Position numbers and translations under genes: made by a program
NCBI RefSeq assembly: GCF_006345805.1
Contig: NC_043021.1
Span: 15,128,001-15,192,000 of the forward strand
DNA: 64,000 nt
Direction: 5' to 3'
DNA from: Octopus sinensis
Taxonomy: Eukaryota
Part shown: one piece after another, positions 12,358 to 26,092 of the stretch
Layout: every line of letters starts with the position of its first letter
How positions within the stretch are numbered: position 1 is the first letter of the stretch
The notes under the pieces: model-generated
Told to the model about the DNA's origin: nothing
The model's input: the letters and a program-made list of their open reading frames with translations, nothing else
Databases searched by the model: none

Positions 12358-12993
12358 TGTTATAAACCCAAACTGGAATGTCTAAGTTTAAAAGGTTTTA
12401 ATCGACTAAAAATACAGCAATCTACAACACAAACAAAGATTGTTAAATTGTACGCAAAACTAAACTTCAACGTAATAACAGTTTCATGTAGTGAGTTGCT
12501 ACAGTCACGACTAACTAAAGACTAACACTGAACGCGATGTGCCGTAAACAGAGCAGAACTCTGCGTAGTTGCACTGCAGGCAAATAACAGCAATTGAGGC
12601 AATCAAAGTCACATGATCAAAACTAAAATAACAACATTTTCCCCCCTAAAAAAAAGAACAATTAACCGACAAAATGCAAAAGTAGCTCTACAATTATGGC
12701 TCACTCTTGATTATATTATCAATCACTCTCTGGAAACAGGGCATTGCATTTATAAGTCCAAAAGCAATACATTTGCTTTGATACAATTTTCTCTGTGCTT
12801 CGAAAGGTCGATCATCAACTAGAATCTCGACTTGATGATATGCACTTTTGAGATCCAGGGAGCCAAAATAATTAAATTGAGCTATTTTTGTGACCATGTC
12901 AAGCATATTTGGCAGTGGATATCTATCTAATTGCGTAAACTTATTTATAGTCTCACTATAATGAATCACGTGATCAAAACTAAAATCACAACA
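12358..12993 (-). mobile_element. Internally deleted Ty3/Gypsy LTR retrotransposon inserted in a SINE B copy
   Basis: RT fragment YSETINKFTQLDRYPLPN...LDLKSAYHQV...FGLINAMPCFQRVID (12694-12969); PPT AGGGGGGAAAA next to a TG...CA LTR (12626 to 12358); first ~27 bp of the other LTR at 12993-12967; flanks ctact/atact interrupt the host SINE. Confidence 0.85.
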
Positions 12994-13336
12994 ATACTAT
13001 AACCTCAGGGCCAACCGAAGCCTTGGAGATGGATATAATAGACTGAAACCGAAAGATGCCTGTAGCATTATCATCATCATCATCATTATCATCATTTAAC
13101 AGCCGCTGTCCATACTGGCATGGGTTGGATGGTTTGACCAGGGCTGGCAAGCTGAGGGACTACACCAGACTCCAATCTAATTTGGCATGGTTTCTACGGT
13201 TTGATGCCCTTCCTAATGCCACCACACCAAAAGGAGTGTAATGGGTGCTCTTGTGTGCCACCAGCACAGGTTCCAGTTGCATGACACTGGTATCTGTCAT
13301 GATTACAATTTCACTTGGCTTATATATATATATATA

Positions 13337-13409
<73 letters not shown>

Positions 13410-13790
13410 TCTTTTATTCTTTTATTCTTTTAAAGCACCGCCTTTAGTTGAGCAAATCGACCCCAGGACTTATTCTTTGTAAGCCTAGTACATATTCTAT
13501 CGGTGTCTTTTGCAAAACTGCTAAGTTACGGGGATGTAAACACACCAGCATTGGTTGTCAAGTGATGTTGGAGGCACAAACACAGACACACAAACACACA
13601 CACACACACATATATACGACGAGCTTCTCTCAGTTTCCGTCTACCAAATCCACTCACAAGGCTTTGGTCGGCCCGAGACTATAGTAGAAGACACTTGCCT
13701 AAGGTTACTATACAGTGAGACTGAAATCAGAACCATGTGGCTGGTAAGCAAGCAACTTACCACACAGCCACTCCTAATTAATAATAAACA

Positions 13791-13844
<54 letters not shown>

Positions 13845-13946
13845 GCATATATGGGTAGAGAGTATATATATTTATATGTATATATATATGTTATGTATAT
13901 GCATATATGGGTAGAGAGTATATATATTTATATGTATATATATATA

Positions 13947-13983
<37 letters not shown>

Positions 13984-14329
13984 GTTATATATTATTTATT
14001 ATGTAATTGAATGCGACACATCCATTTCCAAGTAAGTTTTTATATATATACATCATCATCATCGTTTAACGTCCGCTTTCCATGCTGGCATGGGTTGGAC
14101 GGTTCAACTGGGGTCTGGGAAGCCAGAAGGCTGCACCAGGCCCAGTCTGATCTGGCAGTGTTTCTACAGCTGGATGCCCTTCCTAATGCCAACCACTCCG
14201 TGAGTGTAGTGGGTGCTTTTTACGTGCCACTGGCACAGGTGGCAAACGAGGCTGGCAAACGGCCACGATCGTATGGTGCTTTTTATGTGCCATATGTATA
14301 TATATATATATATAAACAAATCGAATAAA

Positions 14330-14475
14330 CGAACATTAAAAATAACAGTAACAAAAGAGAGGATGTGCACATGGAATGTATTAGTTTCACACTCGGTAAA
14401 AAGAGTTTTTGATGTTTCGAGCATAGCTCTTCATCAGTGAAGGAAAATGTCCAGAGAAGGAAAAGAAAATCACCA
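14330..14475 (-). mobile_element. Penelope-type terminal repeat fragment with a degenerate minimal hammerhead motif
   Basis: Minus strand 14441-14407 reads CTGATGA-A-GAGC-TAT-GCTC-GAAA-CATC; related to the repeats at 26480 and 28170. Confidence 0.55.
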
Positions 14476-14738
14476 ACAGCACTTGTGTAGTTACGCATAC
14501 ATATGTGTATGTATATATGTAGAGAGAGAGAGAGAGAGAGTAAGAAGAAAGGGGGGGTAGAGAAAGAAGAGAGAGAGAGAGAGAGTAAGAAGAAAGGGGA
14601 GGGTTAGAGAAAGAAGAGAGAGAGAGTGAGGGAAAGAGAGAATGTATCTAATGACTGTTTATGAACTAATGGTAAGAGAAGCATATCTACATATATTCAT
14701 ATTGGCAGAGTGTGTCTCTGTGCTTATGTATGTGCAGC

Positions 14739-14772
<34 letters not shown>

Positions 14773-14859
14773 ATAAGTGTGTAATTCTACAGTTATGTGT
14801 GTAGTGTGACTGGTGTATGTGTGCGTAATGTGTGTGTGTGTATCTATGCTAGTGTATGT

Positions 14860-14896
<37 letters not shown>

Positions 14897-14939
14897 GGAA
14901 GCAAAAGAGAAAAGAGATACACAGAGAGGGAGAGGAAAC

Positions 14940-17900
14940 GGGTATGAGGGTGGTGGTGGTGGTGGTATTGGTAAAAGCAGTGGTGGTAACAGTGATGATG
15001 ATGGTGGCAGTGACAGTGGTAGTAGTTTTGCTAGTGGGGTAGCAGTAGTGGTGGTGGGGGTGGCAGTAGTGGTGGTGGTGGTGGTAGTGGTGATAGTGGC
15101 ACCAGCAGTGGTCGTAATGATGGTGGTGATGGCAGTAATAGTGGTGTTGGTGGTAGTAGTGGTGGTGGTGATAGTGGCAATGGTCTAGTGATTGTGGTGG
15201 TGGCAGTGGTGGTAGTAGTCGTAGTAGTAGTAGTGATGGTGGTGCTGGTGGCAATGTTGTAGTGGTGATGATGGTGGTGGTGGTGGTGGTAGTGATAGTG
15301 ATGATGGTGGTGGCAGAAGTGTGAGTCTGTGTAGAGTGGGTGGAGGGGTGTGTATGACATCACAGAGCCAACCCCACCCTCTGTTGGCAGAGTACAGAAT
15401 TAAAGAACAAACTAAGTGGAGATAACAATGATTTTTTTTTTATATACTTTTGGCAAAAATCCACAGTTTGTTTTATTCGTTTGTTTTTCTTTTTCTCTTA
15501 GATATATTTTGAGGTGAAGAATGAGTCGATTAATCAGTCTTCAACTTCCAAACGTCCTGTTTTGCCAAATCTAACTTATTTTATAAAACCCTGGAGGAAT
15601 GAAGGGCAAATCTTGACCTCGGTACAATTTGAACTGAGAACCTCAAAGATTGTAACTAAATGCATCATTCTCATTATTGGTGATGGAGTCACATAAAATG
15701 CACTGGTGCTGGTGCCACGTAAATGGAACTAGTGCTGGTGCCATATAAAAGGTACTGGTGCTGGTGCCATGTAAAAAGCACTAGTGCTGGCATCATGTAA
15801 AAAGCACTGTGCTGGTGCCATATAAAAAGTACTGGTGCCATGTAAAAAGCACTGGTGCCGGTGACACGTAAAAGGCACTGGTGCTAGTGTCATGTAAAAG
15901 GCACCAATACTTTTTACACCACTAAACACATCATCCTCACTATTGGTGATGGTGCCATATAAAATGTACTGGTGCTGGTGCCATGTAAATGGAACTAATG
16001 CTGATACCACATGAAAGCACTGTTGCTGGTGCCATGTAAAATGTACCCAGTACACTCTGTAAAATGGTTGGTGTTAGGAAAGTCATCTGGCTATAGAAAT
16101 CATGCCAAAGCAAACAATGGCACCTGATGTGGCCCCTGGCCCTGCCAGCTCCTGTCAAACTGTCCAATCCATGCCAGCATTGAAAATGGACATTAAATGA
16201 TGATCATTACCATCATATCATCATCATAGTGTTCCATGCTAGCATGGGTTGGATGGTTTAGAAGGATCTTGGTAGCCTGAGGGGTGTCTTGGTCTCCAGC
16301 GTCTGTTTTGGCATGGGTTCTACAGCTGGATGTCCTTCCAAATGCTGACCACTTTGCTGAGTGTACTGGTTGCTTTTTTTTCTTTTACATGGCACCAGCA
16401 CTAGTAGTGGTGGTGGTGGTGGTGGTGGTGGTGGGAGTCACCAAGTTGCTCGCAAGACATGACCCCTTCACAGAGTTTAAGGAAGTGGCATGATGACAAC
16501 AAAAATGATATGAAGGTGGTGATGGTGGTAGTGGTGATGGTGGTAACAATGATGATGCCGACGACGATGACGACAACGACGATGTTGGGGAGGGGGAGGA
16601 GGAGGAGGAGGAGGAGGAGGATAACCTACCAAGCTGTTTGTCTCTGTGTCTACATCAGTCAATGTGGCTTGCAAGATTTTCCGAATGACATGCCCACGGA
16701 AAAATTACCATGAATAAACGTCTTTACAGCCATGACTGTCTCGTCTTATTTACGTCATGGCATATCTAGGACCACATTATCTAATGTGTCTTTCTTTGTT
16801 TAAGCTTGTAGGATGCAATTTTAAGAAGATTCAGCTGCTATTGCTAGCAGCTCAAGCGAGCAAGTCACACCTGGTGGCAGTGGTTATGATGATGACGATG
16901 ACGATGATGACGATGATGATGTAATTGAGGTGGTGGTGACGGTGGTGATGACGATGGTATCGATGGCCTTGGTTGCATTGTTGCCTTGCTAATGTTGATT
17001 GTGGTTGTCATGGCAACTGACAGACAATGGCAATGACAATGATGACAGGCAATGACGACAACAATGACGATGATGCTGCCGGATGCCGACAGCGATGACA
17101 ATTATGACGATAGTGACCACTATGATGATGGTGGAGTGGTGATGAAGTAATGCTGTTTGTGGCAGTGGTGGTGGTGGTGGTGGTGTAGGTGGTGGTAGTG
17201 GCAGCAATGGTGATGGTGGTGGTGGTGATGGTTGTGGTGTTGGTGACGAGGTAATGCTGGTTGTGGCAGTGGTGGTGGTGATGGCAGTAATAGTGGTGGT
17301 GGTGGCAGCACCAATAGTGGTGGTGGTGGTGGTGGTGGTGGATGTGACCTGTAGTGTTCCTAAGTGTTGATGGGTGATAAATACTATGAAATAAGATACA
17401 GTACAGCGTGATGTTATCACATTGCACACACACACACACACACGCGCGTGCACGCATACATACACACACACACATGCACACATACACACACACATTCACC
17501 TCACCATACACACACACATACACGCATGCATACACACACACACACACATGCGCACGCACGCACACATACAACACACACACACACGCACACATTCACCTCA
17601 CCATACACACACACATACACACATACACACATGCATACACACACACACACACACACACACACGTACAGGCACATGCACACACTCACACATACAGTTACAC
17701 ATCCAAAAGTGAGCATGGGGTGATGGCAGTGGTGGCAGTGGTGGTGGTGATGGCAGCGGCGGAGGCGGCGGCAGCGGCAGTGGTGGCGGTGGAGGTTGTA
17801 ATAGTGGTATTGATGGTGGTGGTGGTGGTGGTGGTGATGATGTTGATGACTGATAATAGTGGTGGTGATTATGATGTTGGCTGTGGTGTTGGTTGCGCTG

Positions 17901-18170
17901 GTGGGCATAGTAGTAGTAATGGTAGTGGTAGTGGTAGTGGTGGTAGTGATGGTGGTGGTGGTGGTGGTGGTGGTAGTAGAGTTAGTAGAGGCACAGGTGG
18001 GAAGTAATACCAGGCATTACTAAAATACAATCTGATAACAAGAATCTTGTTTCATTCATCATCAACATTATCATCATCACTATTATCATCAACATCATCA
18101 TTATCAACAGTATCATCACCAACATTATCATCGTTATTTTCCTCACCATTATTATCAACATTATTATCAA
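14940..18170. repeat. Low-complexity field of (GTG/GAT/ATC)n trinucleotide and (CA)n repeats
   Basis: Directly visible; it generates spurious poly-His/Thr/Val/Pro ORFs. A similar field lies at 20530-21060. Confidence 0.95.
15697..16050 (+). repeat. ~29-30 bp VNTR inside a family C element
   Basis: Repeated gcactggtgctggtgccatgtaaaaa-like unit directly upstream of the family C body. Confidence 0.85.
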
Positions 18171-18802
18171 GGTGGCGAGTTGGCAGAACCATTAGCACAC
18201 TGGGTGAAATGCTTAGCGGCATCGTGTCAGTCTTTACATTCTGAGTTCAAATTCCACCAAGATCGACTTTGCCCTTTCATCCTTTCGGGTGGGGGCGGTC
18301 GATGAAAATAGGTACGAGTTAAGCACTGGGATTGATGGTAATCGACTTACCCCCTCCGGCAACATTGCTGGCCTTGTGTCAAAATCTGGAACCAACATTA
18401 TCATCAACATTATCGTCATTGGCATTATTATCAACACCGTCATTATGAATACTGTCATTAACATTATCATCAGCATCATCATCACCAACAGTATCATCAC
18501 CAACATTATCATCAATATTATTGTCATCAATAACACTATCTTCATCAATATTATCATTGTCATAAGGTAGCAAGCTGGCAGAAACGTTAGCAAGCTAGGC
18601 GAAATGAAAAGCAGTATTTCGTCTATCTTTATGTTCTGAGTTCAAATTCCACCAAGGTCAACTTTGCCTTTCACCTTTACGGGGTCGAAAAATTAAGTAC
18701 CACATGCGTCCTGGGGTCATAATAAAAGGCTATAATAAAAGACACTTGTATAAGGTGCCATGCAGTAGAACTGAACCCAACCCTTGTTATTAATTAATTA
18801 AT

Positions 18803-19205
18803 AGGCGCAGGAGTGGCTGTGTGGTAAGTAGCTTGCTAACCAACCACATGGTTCCTGGTTCAGTCCCACTGCGTGGCATCTTGGGCAAGTGTCTTCTGCT
18901 ATAGCCCCGGGCCGACCAATGCCTTGTGAGTGGATTTGGTAGACGGAAACTGAAAGAAGCCTGCCGTATATATGTATATATATATATATATGTATGTGTT
19001 TGTATGTGTTTGTGTGTCTGTGTTCGTCCCCCTAGCATTGCTTGACAACTGATGCTGGTGTGTTTACGTCCCCGTCACTTGGCGGTTCGGCCAAAGAGAC
19101 CAATAGAATAAGTACTGAACTTACAAAGAATAAGTCCTGGGGTCGATTTGCTCGACTATAGGTGGTGCTCCAGCATGGCCGCAGTCAAATGACTGAAACA
19201 AGTAA
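18803..19205 (+). mobile_element. SINE family B, near full length
   Basis: Head ggcgcaggagtggctgtgtggtaag, B-box-like ggttcagtccc, internal TA/TG tract, tail gaaacaagtaaaa. Confidence 0.92.
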
Positions 19206-19259
19206 AAAAGAATTAAAAAAAGAGTAAAACAAGGAATTTTGTATTATTGCACCAGAGGT

Positions 19260-19815
19260 ACAGAACTACAGCTTCACAGGATTGTGGGTTACCATTGGTT
19301 GGATTTCATATTCAACCAATGATTCTACTCTGAAACTTGGATGCATCCTTTTACTTGTATGATTCAGGAGCACCAGCTCAGACTGTTTGGACATGTTGCC
19401 TGATTTTTCAAGTTAGACCCTGATTACTGGCTTGGTTGATGGTTTGTGCTGGTCAACCACATGCCACGTAGTCACGACAGATGAAGAGGTATCTTGTGGA
19501 GAAGGGGACTGACTCCGCTCAACAGGTCACCCATTTGGACCCAGTAATATACCTATTTCTTTATTACCCACAAGGGGCTAAACATAGAGGGGACAAACAA
19601 GGACAGACATAGGTATTAAGTTGATTACATCGACCCCAGTGCTTAATTTATCGACCCCGAAAGGATGAAAGGCAAAGTCGACCTTGGTGAAATTTGAACT
19701 CACAATGTAACGGCAGACGAAATACCGCAAAGCATTTCGCCCGGCGTGCTAATGCTTCTGCCAGAACGACCCAGTAATATACCAACAAATGGTTAATGCT
19801 GCAACAGTGCATGCC
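19260..19815 (+). mobile_element. Decayed RTE LINE 3' end, interrupted by a minus-strand SINE A (19554-19767)
   Basis: CMIQEHQLRLFGHVA...GQPHAT motif; the SINE is flanked by a perfect 16-bp TSD gacccagtaatatacc (19538-19553 / 19768-19783). Confidence 0.7.
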
Positions 19816-21778
19816 CCCACCTTCACCACAACCACAACCATGCTTGGCCTGGCTGGCTCCAGTGATGAACTAGGATGGTTCAGTGCCTGAAGGGTGTTAA
19901 GATGCTTAAACTCCAGTTTCACATTCCTTGGTTAAATTTAATATGTTGTTAAAGAAAATGTAACTTTTCCCTCATTTTCTCTCCCATTTTCCTTCAGCAT
20001 TGCCTTTAGCTACTGGGATAAACTATAGAGAAAAATAGCTATCTACATATCATACTTAATGTATACACACAGTCAAATCTCTTATGGATTTGCTGTGTTA
20101 AAAACACAATAAATATTAGAGCAAGATTTCAAAATCTGTTTCAGCAGAAACCAGCAAGAGTGTCAACTACACTTTGACCCTTTGGAGCCATTTGAGCCAT
20201 TTCAATGGCACATTCTTGCTACCAGCCACACATTAAATTTTTTCTATGCAATTAAAAAGAATGTAACTTTTCCCTCATTTCTCTTTTTTTCCTTCACCTT
20301 TTCCTTAAATTCCTGGGGTAAATTATGAAGAAAAACATTTATCTAATTTTGGTTTTGTTTTTAATATCATATAATTTAGCTACAAGCAAGTAAAATGATA
20401 GAAATTTGACTGATTCTTTCATTGCTATTTTAACAAATGCATTGAAAACTACGCTTCCCTGATGAAGTCGTAATAAGGCTGAAATATATCCAGAGTTGTC
20501 TCATATATTTGCAGTAAAATTGCCAATGATATTAGTCATTATCATCAAGAATACTATCATCGATAGTGCTATCATCAACAACACTATCATAATCATCACC
20601 AATGTTATCATTATCAATTTTATTACTCATCAATATTATCATTGTCAATGCCATCATCAACATCATCATCATCAACAATATCATTAACATCATCATCACC
20701 ATCATCAACAATATTATAAACATTATCATTACCATCATCGTCATCGTCATCCCCACCACCACCACCACTACCACCACCCCTGCCACGACAGTGACAATGA
20801 GCACGACCACCATCATCATCATTAACATCATTATCATCATCATCATCAAAATAATCACCACAGCCACTGCCACTACCACCACCACTTCCACCATCACCAC
20901 CACCATCATCATCATCACTGCAACCACTGCCACGACAGCAACAACAACAACGAGTACCACCACTGCCATCCTCACCACCATCATCATCATCATCATCATC
21001 ATCATCATATCATCATCATCATCATCCCCGCCACCACCATCATCATCATCATCATCATCTCCATTGTTTTCCCCTTGTCGTTAATAATATATTCCAAGGC
21101 AGATTTTTTTCGCCACTCACTAAGTCAAACATGTCAACATGAACTTAACCATTGTTTTCACAAACGAACGTTTATAACGAAATTATTTATTCTCCAACTG
21201 GACCATGTACCAAACTCAACTTTGCTTTTCATTCATCCATGGTCGATAAAATACAAAAAGAAAAAACAAACAATTGTGTACTGAGATCAATAAAATCGGT
21301 TTATCCGAATCAATAGAATTGATCACCCATTGATGGATAACTTTGTTCATGAAAAGAAATCAAGTAATTATCTTTATTTATCTGCACTAATGCATGGATT
21401 AATGATGTTAGTAAAAATTATTATGTAATTGATGTCTTTTGTCTTTTGTTTGTATCAAATCATTAAAGTGTGGCCATGCTACGGCACTGCCTTGAAGGGT
21501 TCAAGTTGAATAAATCAACCCCAGTTGTTATGTGAGGAGCAGGGACATTCGCATAAACACAGACACATAGACACACACAAATGTGTGTGTGTGTGTGTAT
21601 GTATCTTTTATTTGTTTTAGTCACGCTGGGACACCACCTCAAATACATCATCATCATATAATGTCCCTTTTCCATGCTGGCATGGATTGAACGGTTTAAC
21701 AGGAGGTGACCAGCCGAAGGGTTGTCCAGGCTCCTTGTCTGTTTTGGCATGGTTTCTATGGCTGGATGCCCTTCCTAA

Positions 21779-21944
21779 CAGGGCCAGATCAAGGTACTGG
21801 CAACTCGGGCAGTCACAGGGGGCGCCATGTACTATGGGGCACCAAGGAAGGCGTGACACAGACAAAGAATTTTCTATGACTATCAGCCTGTACACACCGA
21901 AGTTCAGCTTGCTCGGGGCCCCAGCAACCCTAGGGCTGGCCCTA
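21779..21944. mobile_element. hAT-type MITE nested in a family C element
   Basis: TIR CAGGGCCAG...CTGGCCCTA; 8-bp TSD cttcctaa (21771-21778) / cctcctaa (21945-21952). Confidence 0.8.
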
Positions 21945-22245
21945 CCTCCTAATGCCAACCACTTTACAGTACTGGGTACTTTTTACACAGCACTGGCACA
22001 AGTGCTCTTACATGACACCAGCACAGGTGCTTTTTACATGGTACCAGCACCCATGAACCAAATGAACAAATGTACATAAATAATGTTTATATATTTTATT
22101 GAGGTTTTCTATGGGACATTCTACCATTGCTCATTATTATGAGTGGCTGTGAGCTCTACCATATTATACATGTGTATGTTATGTATGTGTGTGCATGCAT
22201 GTATGTATATATGTATGCATGCATGCATGCATGTATGTATGTATG

Positions 22246-22279
<34 letters not shown>

Positions 22280-22304
22280 TGTATGTATGTATGTAGGTAT
22301 GTAT

Positions 22305-22998
22305 GTTCTTAAGAAGTTCTTAAGCAGATAAGGACGAAAATGTCGCTAGAAGCTGGGATCACCAAGCGTAGATTGGCATATTTCGGTCATATTATGTGGA
22401 GAAAATCCCTGGAGAAGGACATCATGCTCAGAATGGTCAGTGGCAAGAGAGGAAGAGGCCGACCAAGAACCCGCTGGCTTGACAGCATCAGGAGTGATAC
22501 CGGAATGGACATGGCCAATCTGAAGGAAGCGGCCCAGGATAGAACTGACTGGAGGATACTGATCCAACGAGTGACCGAGAGTTGACTTCGACTGAGCGGA
22601 TAGAGAGAGAGAGTATGTATGTATGTATGTGTATGTATGTATGTATGTAGTATGTATGTATGTATGTATGTATGTATGTAGGTATGTATGTTCTTAAGAA
22701 GTTCTTAAGCAGATAAGGACGAAAATGTCGCTAGAAGCTGGGATCACCAAGCGTAGATTGGCATATTTCGGTCATATTATGTGGAGAAAATCCCTGGAGA
22801 AGGACATCATGCTCAGAATGGTCAGTGGCAAGAGAGGAAGAGGCCGACCAAGAACCCGCTGGCTTGACAGCATCAGGAGTGATACCGGAATGGACATGGC
22901 CAATCTGAAGGAAGCGGCCCAGGATAGAACTGACTGGAGGACACTGATCCAACGAGTGACCGAGAGTTGACTTCGACTGAGCGGATAGAGAGAGAGAG
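22305..22998 (+). mobile_element. Two tandem copies (385-bp period) of a BovB-like RTE 3' end within (TATG)n
   Basis: ORFs 22340-22585 and 22725-22970 encode SLEAGITKRRLAYFGHIM...GKRGRGRPRTRWLDSI...DW and differ at one residue (I/T). Confidence 0.9.
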
Positions 22999-23233
22999 TA
23001 TGTATGTATGTATGTATGTATGTATGTATGTATGTCATTATTCAGTTTTATTTCAAGATTTCTTGCCAATAGAGAAAGAATTGGTTTCTAACCTAGATCC
23101 AAGGCTCATTCATTGGAATTTCAACATCAACAATAGTGTGTTTTTGTATGTATGTGTGTGTTCATGAAGATTTGTACGTTTTGCTTTATATGTTTCTCAT
23201 GCATATATATGTATGTATATATGTATGTATATG

Positions 23234-23585
23234 CCTCAGTGAAGCTGAACTCAAGAGTCATCTTCGTAGTCATAAAGTGAGACAGATGAGTGACAACCTG
23301 GCCACTGGTGGTGGTGTAACACACCATACTAATCATATCTGTCGGGCATGTGGAAGAGAGTGTAATTCGGCAGGAGGACTTAAACGACATGCAAAGGTAC
23401 ATGAAGCCCAGTTACAACTACACCCGGCTATTACCGGCTAAAGGTTTTAGTTGCCAATTCTGTACAAGATATTGTAGATCTTTAGCTGGGCTAAAAAGTC
23501 ACATTCGATCACAGCACCAATAACAGTTAAGCTTTGTGCAATGGCCATACTCAATAACGAGGGGGCAGCCAAAATAATAATAATA
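23234..23585 (+). mobile_element. RTE-type LINE 3' end with C-terminal zinc finger and (AAT)n tail
   Basis: CLSEAELKSHLRSH...CRACGRECNSAGGLKRHAKVH, then a 3' UTR ending ggcagccaaaataataataata; the 5' side abuts microsatellite directly. Confidence 0.65.
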
Positions 23586-23600
23586 TATGTATGTATTATG

Positions 23601-23634
<34 letters not shown>

Positions 23635-24086
23635 TGTATGTATGTATGTATGATGTATGTATGTATGTATGTATGTATGTATGTATGTATGTATGTATGT
23701 ATATATGTGTGTGTGTGTGTGTGTGTATGTATGTACGTGTATGCATGCATGTATGCATATATGTAAACCAGAGGTCATTTATTATAATCATGACTTGTGA
23801 TCAAACAGATATTGTGATCAAAATTTTCAAATAACCTACTCGACTACTACAACTGATGCATTGTCTATAATCTCCACGATGGCCAGAACAAAATCACGTT
23901 AGCTACTAAAACATGATAGGTGAATGGTGATGGTGAGGATGGTGTGAAATGGTATGGTGGTGGTGGGAATGGTGATACTGGTGTATTAAAGTTTAGTTGG
24001 TGTGGGAAGTCAATTCATTTGGAGGAATCAATGCTCCGGGTATTGTTGTCTACTTAATCAATTGTCTTGAAGGTCTGAATTGAGCA

Positions 24087-24119
<33 letters not shown>

Positions 24120-24122
<3 letters not shown>

Positions 24123-24994
24123 GGTTCGATCAATAAGTATCTGGACTGTTGCCATAGTAACGAAGCAAAAGCATGCAGAGTGAAGCCGCATGGCACAGAT
24201 TGACCTTGACCTCTGCTGTGCATATGCACTAAGTTTTAACATTCTAGCTCTTTTCTGCTGTCTACAGCAGTGCTGAGAAGGAAGGTGTGTAGCGTGTGAT
24301 CATTGCATTGACCATGACAGTCAAAGTTGTCATTGCAATTTCTGCTCAGAGGCCTATGCAAGGTTGCAGAAAGTGTATGGAGAGAAGTGTATGAGCTGCA
24401 CATAAGTGTATGAGTGGTTCAGAAGTTTCCAAGTTATTGACAAACGTTCTGGGAGACCTGCAACCAGCAGAAATGAGAAAAACATTACAGATGTGCATGC
24501 AGCTGTGAAGGGAAATCATTGAATCACCATCCGTGAGTTATCAGAGGATGTGCAGATTAGTTAAGATTCAGTTCAACCCAGCATCACTGAAGATTTGGGT
24601 ATGAGATGTGTGTCTGCCAAGTTTGTGCCAAAACTACTTTCAGCTGACCGAAATGACACTCGGGTTTCAGTTGCACAAGATCTCCTTGATTGTGTTGAGA
24701 ACGATGAAAAACTTTTGAAAACTTTGCATAGACCTCCGAACAGGTATCACCAAGCTTTTGGCAAAATTCGATGCAGATTTTCTGCTCAACTTTCTCTGTC
24801 ATGGTCAATGCAACAATTACATGCTACACACCTTCCTTCCAAGCAGTGCTGTAAACAGTGGAAGTAAGCTAGGATATTAAAACTTAGTGTACATGCACAA
24901 CAGAGTTTAAGGTCAATTTGTGGCGAGCAGCTTCACTCTATGCTTTAGCTTTGTTACTACAGCAATAGTCAGGATACTTATTGATCAGACCATG
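24120..24994. mobile_element. Mariner fold-back derivative: two inverted 5' ends with an N-terminal transposase remnant
   Basis: 24120-24380 and 24994-24710 are inverted copies. Plus-strand remnant: AYARLQKVYG..VYEWF..RSGRP..ITIREL..LGMRCVSAKFVPKLLS. Minus-strand start: MTEKVEQKICIEFCQKLGDTCSEVYAK. TA at 24995. Confidence 0.9.
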
Positions 24995-25042
24995 TACATA
25001 CATACATACATACATATATGTACATATGTATATATATTTATC

Positions 25043-25321
25043 ATTTAATAAGCACAATATATGTTTTTTTTATGTGCTGCTACAGGTTTCATGTGCTGAG
25101 AGAGCATGCCAGACAATATTTTTTAACACATCTGGTGTCCTAGCACAATCATCAGGCATTGCCCATGTGGTATAATGAACTAAAAATGGGATGATATGTT
25201 ATGTGGGCAGTGCTCGATGATTGTGCTAGGATACCAGACATGTTAAACAATACTGTCTGGTATGCGTACAGCACATAAGACTAACAGTAGCACATAAAAA
25301 TAAACATCGCATTTATTAAAT
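25043..25321. mobile_element. Palindromic (fold-back) MITE
   Basis: Imperfect ~125-bp arms, e.g. tctggtgtcctagcacaatcatc / gatgattgtgctaggataccaga. Confidence 0.75.
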
Positions 25322-25424
25322 AATATCTGTCACCAGATTGAGAACTTTTCTGTTCATCTTACCATCATGGAACAGTTCACTATATATATATATATATATA
25401 TAATATATATATATAATATATATA

Positions 25425-25457
<33 letters not shown>

Positions 25458-25559
25458 ATAATAATATTAGGGAGTATACCCAAACTTACAGGGAAAATTA
25501 GATTTAGGATTAAATCAAACTTCACAGTTGTTTTATCTCTAATTTAATTTATATATATA

Positions 25560-26061
25560 TATCGTGCTGGTGGCACGTAAAAAGCACCATCTGATCGTGG
25601 CCGTTGCCAGCCTCGCCGGTGGCACGTAAAAAGCACCATGCGATCGTGCCCGTTGCCAGCCTCGCCGGTGGCATGTAAAAAGCACCATCCGATCGTGGCT
25701 GTTGCCAGCCTCGCCGTGGCATGTAAAAAGCACCATCCGATCTTGGCCATTGCCAGCCTCGCCAGTGGCACATAAAAGGCACCATGCGATCGTGGCCATT
25801 GCCAGCCTTGCCTGGCCCTCGTGCTGGTGGCATGTAAAAAGCACCATCCGACCGTGGCCATTTGCCAGACCCGTCTGGCACCTGTGCCGGTGGCACGTTA
25901 AAAGCACCCACTACACTCATGGAGGGGTTGGCGTTAGGAAGGGTATCCAGCCATAGAAACATAGCCAGATCAGACTGGGCCTGGTGCAGCCTTCTGGCTT
26001 CCCAGACCCCAGTTGAACTGTCCAACCCATGCTAGCATGGAAAGCGGATGCTAAATGATGT

Positions 26062-26090
<29 letters not shown>
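25560..26090 (+). mobile_element. Family C element with a ~52-58 bp internal VNTR
   Basis: Repeated ggtggcacgtaaaaagcaccat-cgatcgtggccgttgccagcctcgcc units, then the family body and (GAT)n tail. Confidence 0.85.

Positions 26091-26092
<2 letters not shown>

Noticed and set aside
16620-16720. Short unique island with possible ORF ends on either strand
   Set aside because: No consistent acceptor-frame-donor combination and no recognisable peptide.
14844-21084. Poly-His/Thr/Val/Met/Ile ORFs
   Set aside because: Trinucleotide and dinucleotide microsatellite artefacts.
23136-23441. C2H2 zinc-finger host gene
   Set aside because: Starts abruptly in microsatellite, has no acceptor or TGEKP linker, and ends in a LINE-like 3' UTR and tail; better explained as an RTE C-terminus.
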